Assembly (NCBI GenBank): GCA_951406725.2
Contig: OX597815.1
Span: 93,682,001-93,746,000, forward strand
Direction of reading: 5' to 3'
Source: Octopus vulgaris
Lineage: Eukaryota
DNA length: 64,000 bases
Shown: one piece after another, positions 28,201-42,400 of the stretch
Position numbering within the stretch: the first letter of the stretch is position 1
How the letters are laid out: each line of letters opens with the position of its first letter
Notes under the pieces: model-generated
Databases searched by the model: none
Seen by the model: only the letters and a program-made list of their open reading frames with translations
What the model was told of the DNA's origin: nothing
Position numbers and translations under genes: made by a program

Positions 28201-31200
28201 TCAGCAAATTTCATCCATTGTGAGCTTCACTTAAAACAATGATGATCATGATGATGCTACTGAAAATAAAGTGAATTTCAAACATGGGATAGCTGTAAAA
28301 ACAGCTTAAACTGTGTAAATATCCCCTAGAAGACAGAAAAAAGTTGCCAGTAGGTGGCTATGAAGAAGTGAACCGTGTTCCCCTCAGATATATATAATTT
28401 ATCTATATTTTATTAACACCGCAAGTGCGTACATTGTTAGTAAATAAACATATTAAACTGTACTACATTATACACTAGTATCCTTTGAAGTATTTACTCT
28501 TGGCTACTTTTGTTTTACCAAAACAATTCATTCTAATATAATGATTTCTGATTTAGGCACAAGGTCAGCAATTTTTAGGAGGGACATATACGTTGAAACC
28601 GTTGACCCTAATACTTGACTGGTATATTTTGTTATTGATCACAGAAGGATGAAAGGCAAAGGCAACCTTGGTGGGATTTGACCTCAAAAGCTAAAGGACC
28701 AGAAAAAAATACTGCAAAGCATTTCTTCTGATGCTCTAACATCCTGCCAACTCACCACCCTGATAATAATAATAATAATTAATTTAGATTTGTTAAAAGA
28801 ATGAGAGCAACTTGTGTTGTAGGGAGAATTGCCAAGAATTTTTGTGCAAAGGATAATTAAAGCTGATAATTGATATTCCTGATAATTCCTAGGATATATA
28901 CAGTGGAAGCAAAAAGTCTGTACCTTGTATGGTATAGTGTGGTGGACTACAATGTAGAATACAGTGGTATAACCATGATGTTGTGTTGGTTGTTTAGCCC
29001 CAGGTTTGTTCTGAACAGACCTATGACCAAAAGCATTCTAACTGTAAACAACCTGTCTTTTTATGGATATCTAGAACTGTATTATCTTATGAGTCCTTTC
29101 CTTATATAAGAGGGTAGCATTTCAAGAGAGATTTGGCTGCTAGAGTTACACAGTGTAGTAGACCATGGCATGTATGATGCAGCATTGTGAAATATGATGG
29201 TGTATTGTTTGTGGCTTAGCTCAACACTGATTATTGGAATCATTGGACCTTTGATCTAAAGCAGAGGTTCTCAACCAGGGTCCATATGACCCTTGGGGAT
29301 CCACAGTATTTTAAGGGTCCATAGAAAATTCTGATTTAGATGTATTTATTGCAAGAAACAGCTAAGTTTCTTTTTCTAAAATTTTACACATGAGTTGTTC
29401 AACCCATACATGTTAATGTATGGAAAACAAAATAGGAATTTTGAAAGAAATATCTATAAACCAGTTTCTAAACATCAAATAGCTATGTGGATCCACCAGA
29501 ATAGTATAGGGATCCATAGATCCCACCATGACCATCCTATCTTTTCAAGGGTATGTAGAGCTACTTTATAGTTTATCTTTTACTTGTTTCAGTCATTGAA
29601 CTGTGGTCATGGTGGGGCATTATCTTGAAGAGTTTAGTCAAGCAGTACTTGTTTATTAAAGCTTTGTACTTATTCTGTTGGTCTGTTTTGCTGAATTGGT
29701 AAGTCATGAGGGTAGAAATAAATGAACACCAGTCATTAATCAGTGTCAGGGACAAACACAAGTTTTTTTCCATTTTCTCTTTGTCTATTTTCTCTGATTC
29801 TTTTCTGTTGAAAAGCTTCGACTTGAAATATAAAAGACTTTTTTCATTTCCCCCCGAGTGTCAAACTAATATACCTGTCTTTGTCTTGTTTGTCTATAAA
29901 TTTCAACTATATATATATATATAGTCAGTCCACACCTTTCACACCCTCAGAGTTGGCACATTGAAAGGTAGGTCTGGTAGAAAGTATTATTAGTAGTAGT
30001 ACTAGTTCGGTTACAACATGCTCATGATCAAGCAGACATGTAGATATGTGCTGCATCCAAGAACTAAGGTAGAGAGAAAGTCCTTCTAGGTTCCTCACAG
30101 GCAAAGAACATAGGTATAAGATCTTTAGGGTAGGGAACACTGATGGGGTTAAGGGCATGGGTATAGTCTCTGTGGAGAAATGGGTTAAGGTAATCAAGGT
30201 AGTCAAAGTCTGTAATAGAATACTTAAGCTTAGACTAGTATTGCAACATGGATTAGCAACCATTATCTTGGCTTATGCCCCTCAGCCAGGGCTATTTAAT
30301 GAACAGAAAGATTGGTTTTATGACACCATCTTGCAGACCACCTTATCGACAAATGACAGGGACCTTCTCTTTGTGGCTGGCAACTTTAACAGGCATGTTG
30401 GACAACATCTAGGGAGCTTCCATGGCGTACATGGTGGTAACAGATTTGGTTCCTGCAGTGAGGGAACCAGGCATGCAAATGATCTTCTGATCTGTAATAC
30501 TGACTTGAGGAAACCTGCCAGTCACCTGTTCACCTACCAGTCTGGTGGGTACACTAGTTAGATTGACAACATTCTCACCAGTAAACAGGAAAGATGGCTA
30601 CTTATAAATGTCAAAACTTTCCCAGGTGAAGAATGCACCCCACAACATAGGTTCGTAGTTAGTGACTTCAAAATCAGGGCTAAATGGCTGCCCAGAAAAT
30701 GACCAGCATGGAAAAGTGTTTGGAAGCTTAAGCATTCTCTGAATGGACAGAGATTTAGAGGTGTATTACTTGAAGCTTTTGATGAAAAAGAGCAGGATAT
30801 AGTATCACATAATGTCGAGGACAACTGAAGGTTCCTATGGGACAACCTGTTGAGGGCTACTGACCAGATCTGTGTTTGGTGCAAAGTCCCCTCTCAACCT
30901 AAGGTAATGTGGTGGTGGAACAATGCAGTTGACAGGACCATTCAGGAAAAGAAACAGACATGGAAAGACTGAAAGTGTGGTGGTAGCAGGGAACTGTATC
31001 AGATTGCCAGAAGGGAAGCTTGGAGACAGGTTTACTTAGCCAGACTTGAAGTGTTTCGTATTGCTAGACAGTGTGTGAGAGAGAATCGTGATGTCATAGG
31101 AGAGAAATGTGTCCACATGGATGATGGCTCACTTGCATTTAATGATGCTGCAAAGAGAGAGAATTGGAGACACCATTATGAAAGGTTGCTAAATGAAGAG

Positions 31201-33361
31201 AATGAATGGGAGAAAGAGAGTCTACCAAATGTCGACCCAACTATTTGATTTGACAGTACCTTGGTAGATAAAGCAATTTAGGGTATGCAGACAGGGAAAG
31301 CCCCTGGCCCATCAGGCTTTCCCTGTCTGCATACCCTAAATTGCTTTATCTACCAAGGTACTGCTGAGATGGCTAAAATACCTGGTGGTGTAGGCTATAG
31401 TCTAGTCACCCATGTAGTCAACCAAGTGATACATGAAGGAGTCATACCCAGAGGTATCAAATTGTTGAATCAGGTGATGAAAGTCACAGAGAGGGTCATA
31501 GCCCAACTAATTAGGGAGAGAGTTAGTTTAGATGAGATGCAGTTTGGGTTTGTACCAGGGAGAAGCACCATTGATGTTATATTTCTGGTAAGACAGCTGC
31601 AGGAGAAATTCCTAGTGCCCCCTGACTGGCCCCCATGCTGGTGGCACATAAAAGGCACCCACTACACTCTCGCAATGGTTGGTATTAGGAAGGGCATCCA
31701 GCTGTAGAAACCTTGCTAGATCAGATTGGAGCCTGGTGCAGCCTCCTGGCTTGCCAGCCCTCGGTCAAACCATCCAACCCATGACAGCATGGAAAGCTGA
31801 TGTTAAATGATGATGATATACAACGAGTGGGCTTCTTTCAGTTTCTGTCTACTAAATCCTCTCACAAGACTTTGGTTGGTTCAGGGCTATAATAGAAGAC
31901 ATTTGTCCAAGATTTCACACAGTGGAATTGAACTGAAGGCCACATGGTTGGGAAGCAAGCTTCTTAACCACATAGTCATGCCTAATGTGTCCTTTTTTTA
32001 ATTTGAGGGAGATTGGCTCCTTTGTTGGCTCACCATGGTGCAGTGTGGAATGTAATGGGGTGTATTAAGTTGTGGAATGCAATGGTATATGAAAGTCTAG
32101 TTTGGAATGCAGTGTGTATACTAAGATGCAGTCTTGAATGTAATGGAGTATAACATGGAAAGGTGAAAGTTTGTCCCAGTATCTTGAGAAATTTCAGTCA
32201 TTAAATGAAAGACTTTTGAGTTGTCAGTTCTGAAAGTAAATGTAGACATGAGTGTTATTGTGGTCTTAGTAAGATATTTGTGAGGTTACATATTTCTTTA
32301 TACTTTGGTTTATCATACTCTTTTAGTCTGGCTGTCATATAATGAATAATGCATGTACCCTGGTAAACGGGCTACCTTGGTTGTCATATATAAATAGACA
32401 TGGACCCTGTTTGACTGGCTTTCATATAATGTTGCATGTACTCTGTTATACTGACTGTTGTATACATAACCTGCATTTTTTATAATAGATAATTTTAAAT
32501 GTAAAACAGGAAATGACACCATGATCATCATCATATTCATTTTCCATGCTGGCATGGTTTGGACGGCTTGACAGGAGTTGGCAAGGCCAGGAGCTGCACC
32601 AAGTTCCATAATCTATTTTGGTTTGGTTTCTACAGCTGAATATCCTTCCTTATGCCAACCACTTTACTAACTGTATTGGGTGCTTCTTGCAAGGCACCAT
32701 CACCGGTGCTTTTTACATGGCACCATCACCGGTGCTTTTTACATGGCATCATAATCAGTGTTTTTGCCATTGCACTGTGGTTTTAGGATATCAATTCTGT
32801 TGTGCAACAATGCAATGTATATCTTACACATATAAAAGTGCAAGGTAGTACACACTGCTGCAATACCTTGCTAGTACCTTACACATTGCTGCAACACCTC
32901 ACATATTGCAGCACTGTATTTTAACTCTTATTGCATCACTTTACATGCCACTGCTCACAGAATTCTTCCTTGTGTAGCAAATGAAGAAATTTTGTAATCA
33001 TCTTCTACTCAATGTGTATGTGTGCATGCATGTGCACAGTAATAATGGACTCTCCCTTTGAGAGCAGTGTATGATCATCTTGTAGTTTGATCAACTCAAC
33101 TCCCTACTCACTGAATTAGCATGTACCCTGCTTGAATATTCCACAGACATGTGCACCCTTAACATAATTCTCAAATAGAATCAGCATGACTTTGTGTGAC
33201 TAGATTGGACCTTTGAATTATTGGTACAGTTTCTGTCAACCCAGTTTCACTAACAAAGCTTGGATTAACCCAAGGCACTTGCCCAAGATGCCATACATGG
33301 TAATCAAGCACAGGACATCATGATTGCAAAAGTAACTTGACCTCTTGGCCATGCTTATATC

Positions 33362-33402
<41 letters not shown>

Positions 33403-36400
33403 ATTTTCATCAATGTTTAATGTCCACTTTTCTATGTTTGCATGGAGCAGACAGAATTTGTTGAGGCCAATTTTCTACAACTGGATGTCCTTGTACCCCA
33501 CTCACTATAGCCACTCCTACATACCTCTGACATCCACATCTTTCACTCTACACCTCCCCTCCCCCTCCCCTTCTCTGCACATCATCTCCATATTTTCTCA
33601 TCTCCTTACAGGTTTAATGTACTACTGTTCTCTTCCCTTCCTCTACTGTCACTTATTTTCTCCAACCACTTTTCCTGCTTCCATACTGATATCTACCATC
33701 AACCACACCACTTTTGTTCCATTCACGACATCCATATAAACCCACTGCTAACTATTTGTCATTTCCTCTCACACTAATGAACTTACCCACCAACTGCTTC
33801 CAATTGTTTGTAGCCTCTCTTATACTCACCTTCTTTCTATCCTGAGAATACATCCTGACACCTCATTACTGCCATCACTGTCTTCTTTCCAACTACTCTC
33901 ATGCACCCTTATATAGTGTGGGGTAGCCATGTGTCTCCTGTGTCTATCCCCTCTATTATACATTAGCCTCTCAATTGCTGGCATAAATCCGCTGCCCCCT
34001 CTACTATTATCCACTTGTCTTATGAGTTATATGGCAACCTTTCTAGTGACTTTAGGACGGGTATCCAGCTGTAGAACCTATGCCAGAACAGACACTGGAG
34101 CTTAATGCAGTCCTTTGACATGTTGGATCCTGTAAAACTGTCCAGCCCATAGCAACATGGAAGATGGATGTTAAATGAGGATGATGACGATGATGATAAC
34201 ATACTATATGCACTCACAGTATATAGATCTATTTCTGACTGTGGTCTTCCTACCAGTTCAGACAAGGTTGTATCCATTTCAGAATTTAACTTTCATATCT
34301 TATCACAATATTTGACTATTGCAATCTGATGGATTAAATAAATCCCAAACAGTTACTTGGATGATAATCAATAACTCATCAAGATGTCCATGGATTACTC
34401 TGATCTTTATTCTTAACTATCAGTGTTGATGTAGATAAAGCCATTTCCTGTTCTTTCCAAGACCACACTTTCACCAGACATTCTCTGAAATGTAATCAAT
34501 AGTGAATCAATAGTTTGGTAGGGAATTGCTTAAGTTTCCTTAACCAAAGCCACCAACAATGGCTGTTTTACATTGGTTGATGAACGAGTGATGAAGCTTC
34601 TATGTAGTTAGTCAGCCTACTAGAAATAGCAGCCAAATGTTTATCAAATCTTATTGCTACTGTCCATGTTTGGTCCTGAATACATTCTGATTGAAAGCAA
34701 AAAAAAATTAGATATTCATTGTCTGAACACTTTTGTAGGTCTGTTAGATCAGAGCTGATCTGGAGACAAATAATTACTTCTTCATATAGCCTAGAGCCAA
34801 TGAGAGAGCCTCTATCTAAATGATCACTCAACCTGCTAGAAATAGCAGGTAATCTCTTGTTTTAAAAATAGAAGTACACATTGGATAATGCAGTTCTGAA
34901 TAAACTGCTCAAAAAGTTTTTTAGAAAATCTCTGGTTTGCCACAATTGTTATGTCTTTGATCATAGATTCATTCAGTTAGGAATAATCTAGCACTAAATA
35001 ATAACTGCATAAGCTGCAATTCAGGACATTTGTCAGTTATAGTTATAGGCTGCAACACTTTTTGGCACCCATCTGCAGCAAGTCTGCTGGGAGCAATGAA
35101 AGTGAATATTTTGGCCATGGGTATAGATACTCTGTAGTATTTATGTTGAGATATGAACCATGTTCCCTTTAGGCAACAGACTGCTGACATTCTATCAACT
35201 CTACCGGCTGGGAATTTTTTCATTTGTTTCTACATTTGCTTTTTTTTTCCATTCTAACATGGGTTGCATGAATATATTATTGAGGCATTGTTTTACAGCT
35301 GAATCTGCAGATGATTTGTTGTTGAGGGAAATTATAACAATGTTATTGCTTGTGGCTTAGCAATTTTCAGAGAAGTGCCAATGTAAACACATGCGCACAC
35401 ACACGCACACAAGTACTCATATGCGATGGACTTTGTTCAGTTTCTTTCTGGCAAATCCACTCATATATCATCATCATTTTCCCTTGCTGGCATGAGTTAG
35501 ATAGTTCGACATGAACTGACAGCCCATAAGGAGCTGCACTGAACTCCAATTTCTACTTTGGCATGGTTTCTACAATTTGATGCCCTTCCTAACACTAACC
35601 ACTACACAGTGTACTGGGTGCTTTTTTTTTTGTTTGCTGGTTTGGTCACCAAGTACTTGGAAGATAAGACTCTTCAATTGAGTTAGGGTATAACTGAGGG
35701 ATATGAAAGTATGATAGAAGGACAAGGTGTTTTGCTGAAGAGGTGAATATATGACTTCTCTATCTGGAAAGAAAGAGAAAAATGTGAGGTCAAGGTACAC
35801 GGTGAATATGAGAGAGGACAGGGGTAGAGGAACAGAAAGGTGGGCAGATCAGTAAAGTGAAAAGAGTGTAATAGATGATTAGAGATCAGGATTGTGTGTG
35901 TGCATATTCACACACTCATGAACACATACACATGCAGGCACACAAATGCAGACAGTGGACGTTGTTCAGTTTCTGGTCTAGCAGTTCACTCACAAGACAA
36001 CTGGTCTTCTCAGGACTGTAGTAGAAGACACTTGGCCAAGGTGCCTTATGGTGGAACTAAACTGAAACCATATGGTTCTGAAGCAAACTTCTTAACCACA
36101 CAGCCATGTCTGTGCCTCAGTGAGTGTCATTTGAAATTAAGCAAGAAGAAAACGAAAAAGAAATTAATTAATTCAGATTTGACCTTTTTAGTGTCAGTCC
36201 AATATTAAGAACAAACAATAAAACCTAGTCTTCAACTCCAGTTTGCTGCTATGTGTGGATATTTTAGAAAGAAAATCTTATTACTTGATTGAAGTTGTTA
36301 ACATATGAATATTCAAATGAAATTAAACTTGATATGCCAAGTCAACGATGCAATTTTAATCACACATTTGCATATAAGATCTGTCTGAGCACTTCTAAAA

Positions 36401-39400
36401 TGACTTGATCAACTCATTGTTCATGCTAACTGTTGCTTCTCCCCCCACTAATTGTGAAGAAATTTTTCATTTTACTACCATCACCATTTTGATTAAAGCT
36501 GGGGTGAACTGTGCTGTAGCTTGCTTTTGTTTTCTTGATATGATGTTATCTTTATTTTATATTGTATTTAATATGTTGTTGCTAAGATTTTTGAGCAAGG
36601 TATTAATGTTACATTGTCTCATTTCTTCTGTCTCTGAATCTGCATCCATTTACATATCTATATGATTAACCAACTGAATCTACAGTCATTCCACCTGCTA
36701 GAAATAACAGCCAACCCTCCCTCAAATCAGACAGCCCACAATTTGGGGAAAAGTTGAGACATGGTAGGCGATATACATAAAGCTGGGTGATTCATGGTTG
36801 ATATGTCTTTGATTAAAGGTTTGTTCAATCACAACTGATCTGTAGCAAAAAGCAGTTGTTTACAGTTTTTCCTCCATTGTCACAGAAGAATATCTGATAT
36901 TTTTTAGTTCTAATTTCTAAACCAATCTACTTAGTTGAAAAAGAGTGCCTTTGCATGGCCACTTATTGAAAAAGTAGCCAAATTATTCTACCATTGTAAA
37001 AAGGACATGTTACTAGTTCTAGATACATTATAGTTGAATAGAAAAAAAAAAATTGGCTGGTCATGGCTGGAATGTCTTTGACTAAGGTAGGCCTGGAGAT
37101 GAACATCAATAACTTGATATTTCTTTATTTATAAAATAAATAATAAAAGACTTGAATTTTTTTTGAGATATTGTTACAACAAAAAAAACATCAAAAACCG
37201 TAATTTTTTTTAATGACATTTTTAAAATAAATTTTATATAAACTGGCAGAAGTATGTGGCTCTGCCCATGTGTTGTGGCAGAGTAGGCTTTTATTTGAAG
37301 ATTGCCGTTTCTCTCATGTTTAGCTATCACACAGAGGTCTCCCTCATTTGTACATATGTATATGCATTAGATAGCATGGTGTGAGTTGAAGATGTTGTTA
37401 CCTAGTGGGTCCCTTGTTGGAGCATGTGTGTATTCTTTTGTTTCAGTTATTTGATTGTGACCATGCTGGGGTACTGCCTTGAAAGTTGATTAAATCAACT
37501 CCAGTGCTTTTCTAAGTCTGGCCCTTATTTTATTTAACTGTATTTCACTTGATTTGGATGTCCTGAGATGGGAGGAGGTTGCAAAATGGTCGCCCACTAT
37601 GGAGACAAATTCTGCAAAAGGGAATGAAGTGAGGGGAAGAAAAACAGGAACTCGCCACCAAAGAAAAGCACATTCAACGGAAGGAAAAAACAGTAACACT
37701 GACAGAGAGCTCCTTCAAATGCAGTCGCTATATGCATGACTGCCATTCCCATGTAGTCCTCCACAAACACAGCAGATGCTGCACCACCATCAGCAGCTGA
37801 CACAATTTTGGTGGGAACAGATCCATGGTCTCTCAAGATCGATGACTGCCAACTACTATTTACTGAAATGCCAAGTTAGAGGGATGCAAGCCAACGAGCA
37901 CTGGTTGTCAGGCCATGAGAGTCAAACACACTCCACACATGCAGGCATATACATCCATTGTAGTATTATCCATCATCTGATTTAACACCCCAGTTGGTTC
38001 CCTAGATGCCTTTAGCAGAATCCATTCTGTTGTATGTAATCTCAGAGGCCCTAGTTAAAAGATGAAATATATATATATGTATGTATGTATGTATGTGTAT
38101 GAATGTGTGTATGTATATATATATGTATGCATATATTGCATCATCATCATATATATGATGAGCTGATGGACTTCTGTGCAATGTCTGTCTGCCCAATTCA
38201 TTCACAAGGTATTGGCCAGCTTAGACTGAAGTAAAAGACATGCCCACAAGATACCACACAGCAGGACTGAACTCTAAACCACACATACACTCCCCCATGC
38301 ATAAAATGGTAGAGTGTAGTTTTAGGCAGATTTGACTGTTTATACCAAATCTAGCAGTATATGCATAAAGTAGTATTGGGTTGGTACATAATTATTATGG
38401 CTATTTTATTCAACAAAAGCAATAACAATATTTAATGAAAACATTTTTTAATGATGGTCTGACTGTTTGCCAAGCAAATAGGAAGTAGTAATTGAAGTAG
38501 ATGGTGAATATGCTCCGGAATAATCATTTAAAGATGTTTTTGTTACATCTTGTTGTTTTTGTTGAGAAAAAAAGCCGCAATAATTATGCACCAATCCAAT
38601 AGTAATGTGTTTTGAAGATGATCTGGCTGTTATTTCTGTCAGTTAGAGAGATCATGTAGTGGCTTCTTTGGTAGCTATCCTGTGTTACATTGTTTCTAGA
38701 TAAAATGGTTTTGTTATGTTGTATGAACTCGTGTATTATTTGTAGGCATCCCAGTTTTTGTTTTGATACTGTCTTTTCTCTTAACTATCTTATTGGTTCC
38801 TGTTAATTACTATTCTGTGTAAATCCAGAATTTCCTTATCAACAATATTACACACACAATATAAAGTTACCCATGAAAGAAGCAATGTTCTTCCAGTTGT
38901 AGCCCAGCAACAGATAAAAAATGTTGTCCTTGAGATTTATTCGTGGACACTGAAAAGCTGAGTTGGTTTTTTTGGGGTTTTTGGTTTTTGTTGGATTCTG
39001 TAAGCTTTTTGCATACAAGAGGTATTTCTGAATCAGATGGTTTCATGGGTATTCTGGACATGAAATCATTTTCTCCCATGAAACAATGTGTCAAAATAGT
39101 ATCCTGAATAGTGTGAGATATTAATCCTTTAACTGCTGATCAAATACCATTATATATAACCAAGGTAGGTGTATGAAGGTGGCTCTTATTTTTAACAAGT
39201 CAATGTGGCAGAAGTTTAGTAGTTTCCAAATAATTTAAGAATTCAGCAATATAGTAGACAACCTTGCAGGGTTAATAACCATATCTGTAGATTTATAAGT
39301 TTCTGAATTTCTTGAAATGAAGTGTGAAAGCTTATTGGTTTCTGCTAAGTGATTTTTTTTTTTTTTTGATGCAAGCATTTGTAGTTTTGTTGGGAGGTGG

Positions 39401-42400
39401 GGGTCTTGAAAATTTGGAAATTCTTTTACTATTAGTTCATCAACTCATGAAACTGATGTACTAATTCAAAAGGAATCTACACAAATTTTAGTTAAATTTT
39501 TCTTCAGTAAAAAAAAGTTGTCATCTACTCAGAATTGAAAAGATGAGAATAGTTTGGTTATTTCTGGATTGTTTCAGTTTAAACATTGAGTGATTTATAA
39601 GGATGTGATAGATAGATAGATAGAGAGAGAGAGAGGAATAAAGAAGATATTTAGAGGAAAGAAGAGAGATGAAATAGGAATGAAAATGAAATATGTAAGA
39701 TAAAGTGAGGAAAGAAGAGAGAGATCACTTCTTGCTCTCATGACTACTCTGTTTTTCCATCCCCTTCTTAAACACTAGCTACGCCCTTTTTCTACCTTCA
39801 TGATACATAGACAAACAACCAATTCAATTTTATAAGTAGTAAGATTAATTCCTTCTTAATGTAATTATGTTTTTTTTTCTTTGTGACAAATTAAAACAAT
39901 GTATATGCAGGCTAATTTATTTCTAAAGTCAACACCTTAATTCCACTCATCTTTCTATTTTTACTGTTTATATTTTTGTTATCCTAAGATCTTTATCAAC
40001 TTCTCCACTCCTACTTACATTTATGTTTATGCTTTAATGACTTGCTAATATTTATAATTTTAATTACCTACTAATGTGCCATTTATTTTTTTTTCTCTTC
40101 TCTGTTTCTATAGAACTGGTAGACAAATGTATTGGATCTCGCATTCATATCATCATGAAAAATGACAAGGAAATTGTTGGTTCCTTGCAGGGATTTGATG
40201 ACTTTGTCAGTATCCTTTAGTTGATGTAATGGTTGTTGTGCAGTTACAGGCAGTACTCCAGCATGGTCTTGGTTGTGATGGCTAATACAGAGTAAAGAAA
40301 AATGTTCTAGAAACTATTTTTTTGTGTATTCTTTTATTATTTTACTAGTTTCATGCCTTCATATTTGGCCAATAATTATTTTAACCAGTGTCAAACTGCT
40401 AAGTTACATAATGCAAAGAAACACAAAATAAACACACACACACATTAGCATGGCCATGTGGTAGCAAAGTTTGCTTTGCAGTCATGTGGTTTCAGATTTG
40501 GTTGAATGAAACTGTATGGAAATCCATTGTGTGTGTTTGTGTGTGTGTGAATGCCAGTTACATAGGTCCTTGATGTTATCATCTAAACGCAAAACAGACT
40601 TTGGTTCGGTCCTTCAATAAACAAGTATCTTATAGTTCAGTAGACATGTGCAGACTCATGGAATGAAATCCATCCAACTCGCAAAACAAGTGAGGGTTCA
40701 CAACAGAAAAAGCGTCCAACTGTAGAAAAATTTTGACTTAATAAGTTTTATGTAACTCTTGCCAGCATGGGAAAAATGTAAAAGTGATAATGATCATAGG
40801 CTTCTGTATAGTGTCTGTTGACTAAGTTCCACCCATGACACTGATCAGCTTGTAGCTCTAGTAGATACACTTGCTCAAGGTACAGTGCAGTGGGTTCAAA
40901 TCTAGAAGTATGTAGAATTTATGTATACAACGATGCTTGTATCTATGTATTATTTTCATGTTAACTATATAGAAAACCTAAAATTATGTACATTTATTTC
41001 ATAGACTATCTCATCACTACAAGTATGATGAAATCTATGCTATGCTTAGATCTAATAAAACTGATACATGCTTCAAGTTCTCCGATACCTGAAAGGGTCA
41101 AAATATTTTGTTAGTGCCAGTGGCACGTAAAAAGCACCATCCGTCCGTGGCCGTTTGCCAGCTCCGTCTGGCACCTGTGCAGGTGGCACGTAAAAAGCAC
41201 CCACTACACTCATGGAGTGGTTGGCGTTAGGAAGGGCGTCCAGCCGTAGAAACACTGCCAGATCAGACTGGGCCTGATGCAGCCTTCTGGCTTCACAGAC
41301 CCCAGTTGAACTGTCCAACCCATGCTAGCATGGAAAGCGGACGCTAAATGATGATGATGATGTTCTCATTTATTGTTTTGACTCAGTTCACTACTCCTGC
41401 AGATCTCAATCATACCTTCCTGCTGTGTATGTAAGATGTCCTCTCTTTTTTCATGTGTTGTGCCTAGATACATTTGCAATCATGGACCTCCATGCACTTT
41501 TCTTCCACCCACAATGTAGTAGGTCTTTCTAAATCCAGCTGGTAAGGCCATCACGTTTCTTTTCTCTCCATCTTTTCAGGCTTCTTTCTTTTGTCACCAA
41601 ATGTTCAAGGTTTTTTCTTTGCCTTTTATTCTTAAAAAGCTTCCTGGTGGTCATAGCTCATTGAAGGACCTCAATATTTGTCATTTTATCTGTATAGGAC
41701 ACCTTCAGCATTTTTCTAAGGAACCTGTCTCTGCAACATAAGCTTTATGGTGATACCATCATATGTAAGGATTGGTTCTATGTATGCCCTTAGGATTATT
41801 TTCCTCTCTCTCATTGATAATAGTTTGACAGTATGTGCCCTTCTTTTCTTAAAAGAAGGTTTATGGAAGATTTGGCTGATATTTCTGGCAGGACAAATCT
41901 TCAGGCAGAAACTCTCTTATTGATTTGTATCCAGTGCATTTGAGGTTGTTTAGTTACAGGTTAACTCTGTGCAGATGTATAATCAAACCCATTCCAGTTG
42001 TAATAACCCCATTTCTACTCAAGCATAACATATCTAGGAGTACATTGTCAAATGTGCTTTGTTTTAAAGCAGTGGGGTGTGTTTTGAAGGAGATTTCATT
42101 GCTGTTTCTAGCATGTCAAGTGACTACATAGGGGCTTCCTCATTGGTTCATCCATTTTATTGTTGATTGATTTGTGGATTCCTATTTGTTCCAGCCTAAG
42201 ATCATATATTTCTTCAACTGACTACATTCTTCAGTCTCAATAGTCCAATATGTATTGATGGCTTCATGTTCGTAATGTGTGAATGTTTATGGTAGTGGTA
42301 ATAGTAGTAGCAGTGGTAGTGAAGAGTCATCTATGAATGTCATCCTTAGTAATGTTATTTGCTGCTGTCAAACCTAGTCTTAACCAGTTAAACTGTTTAG

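Noticed and set aside
32693-32744. Exact 26-bp direct duplication
   Set aside because: A local slippage duplicate within an RTE-tail-related copy; no independent significance.
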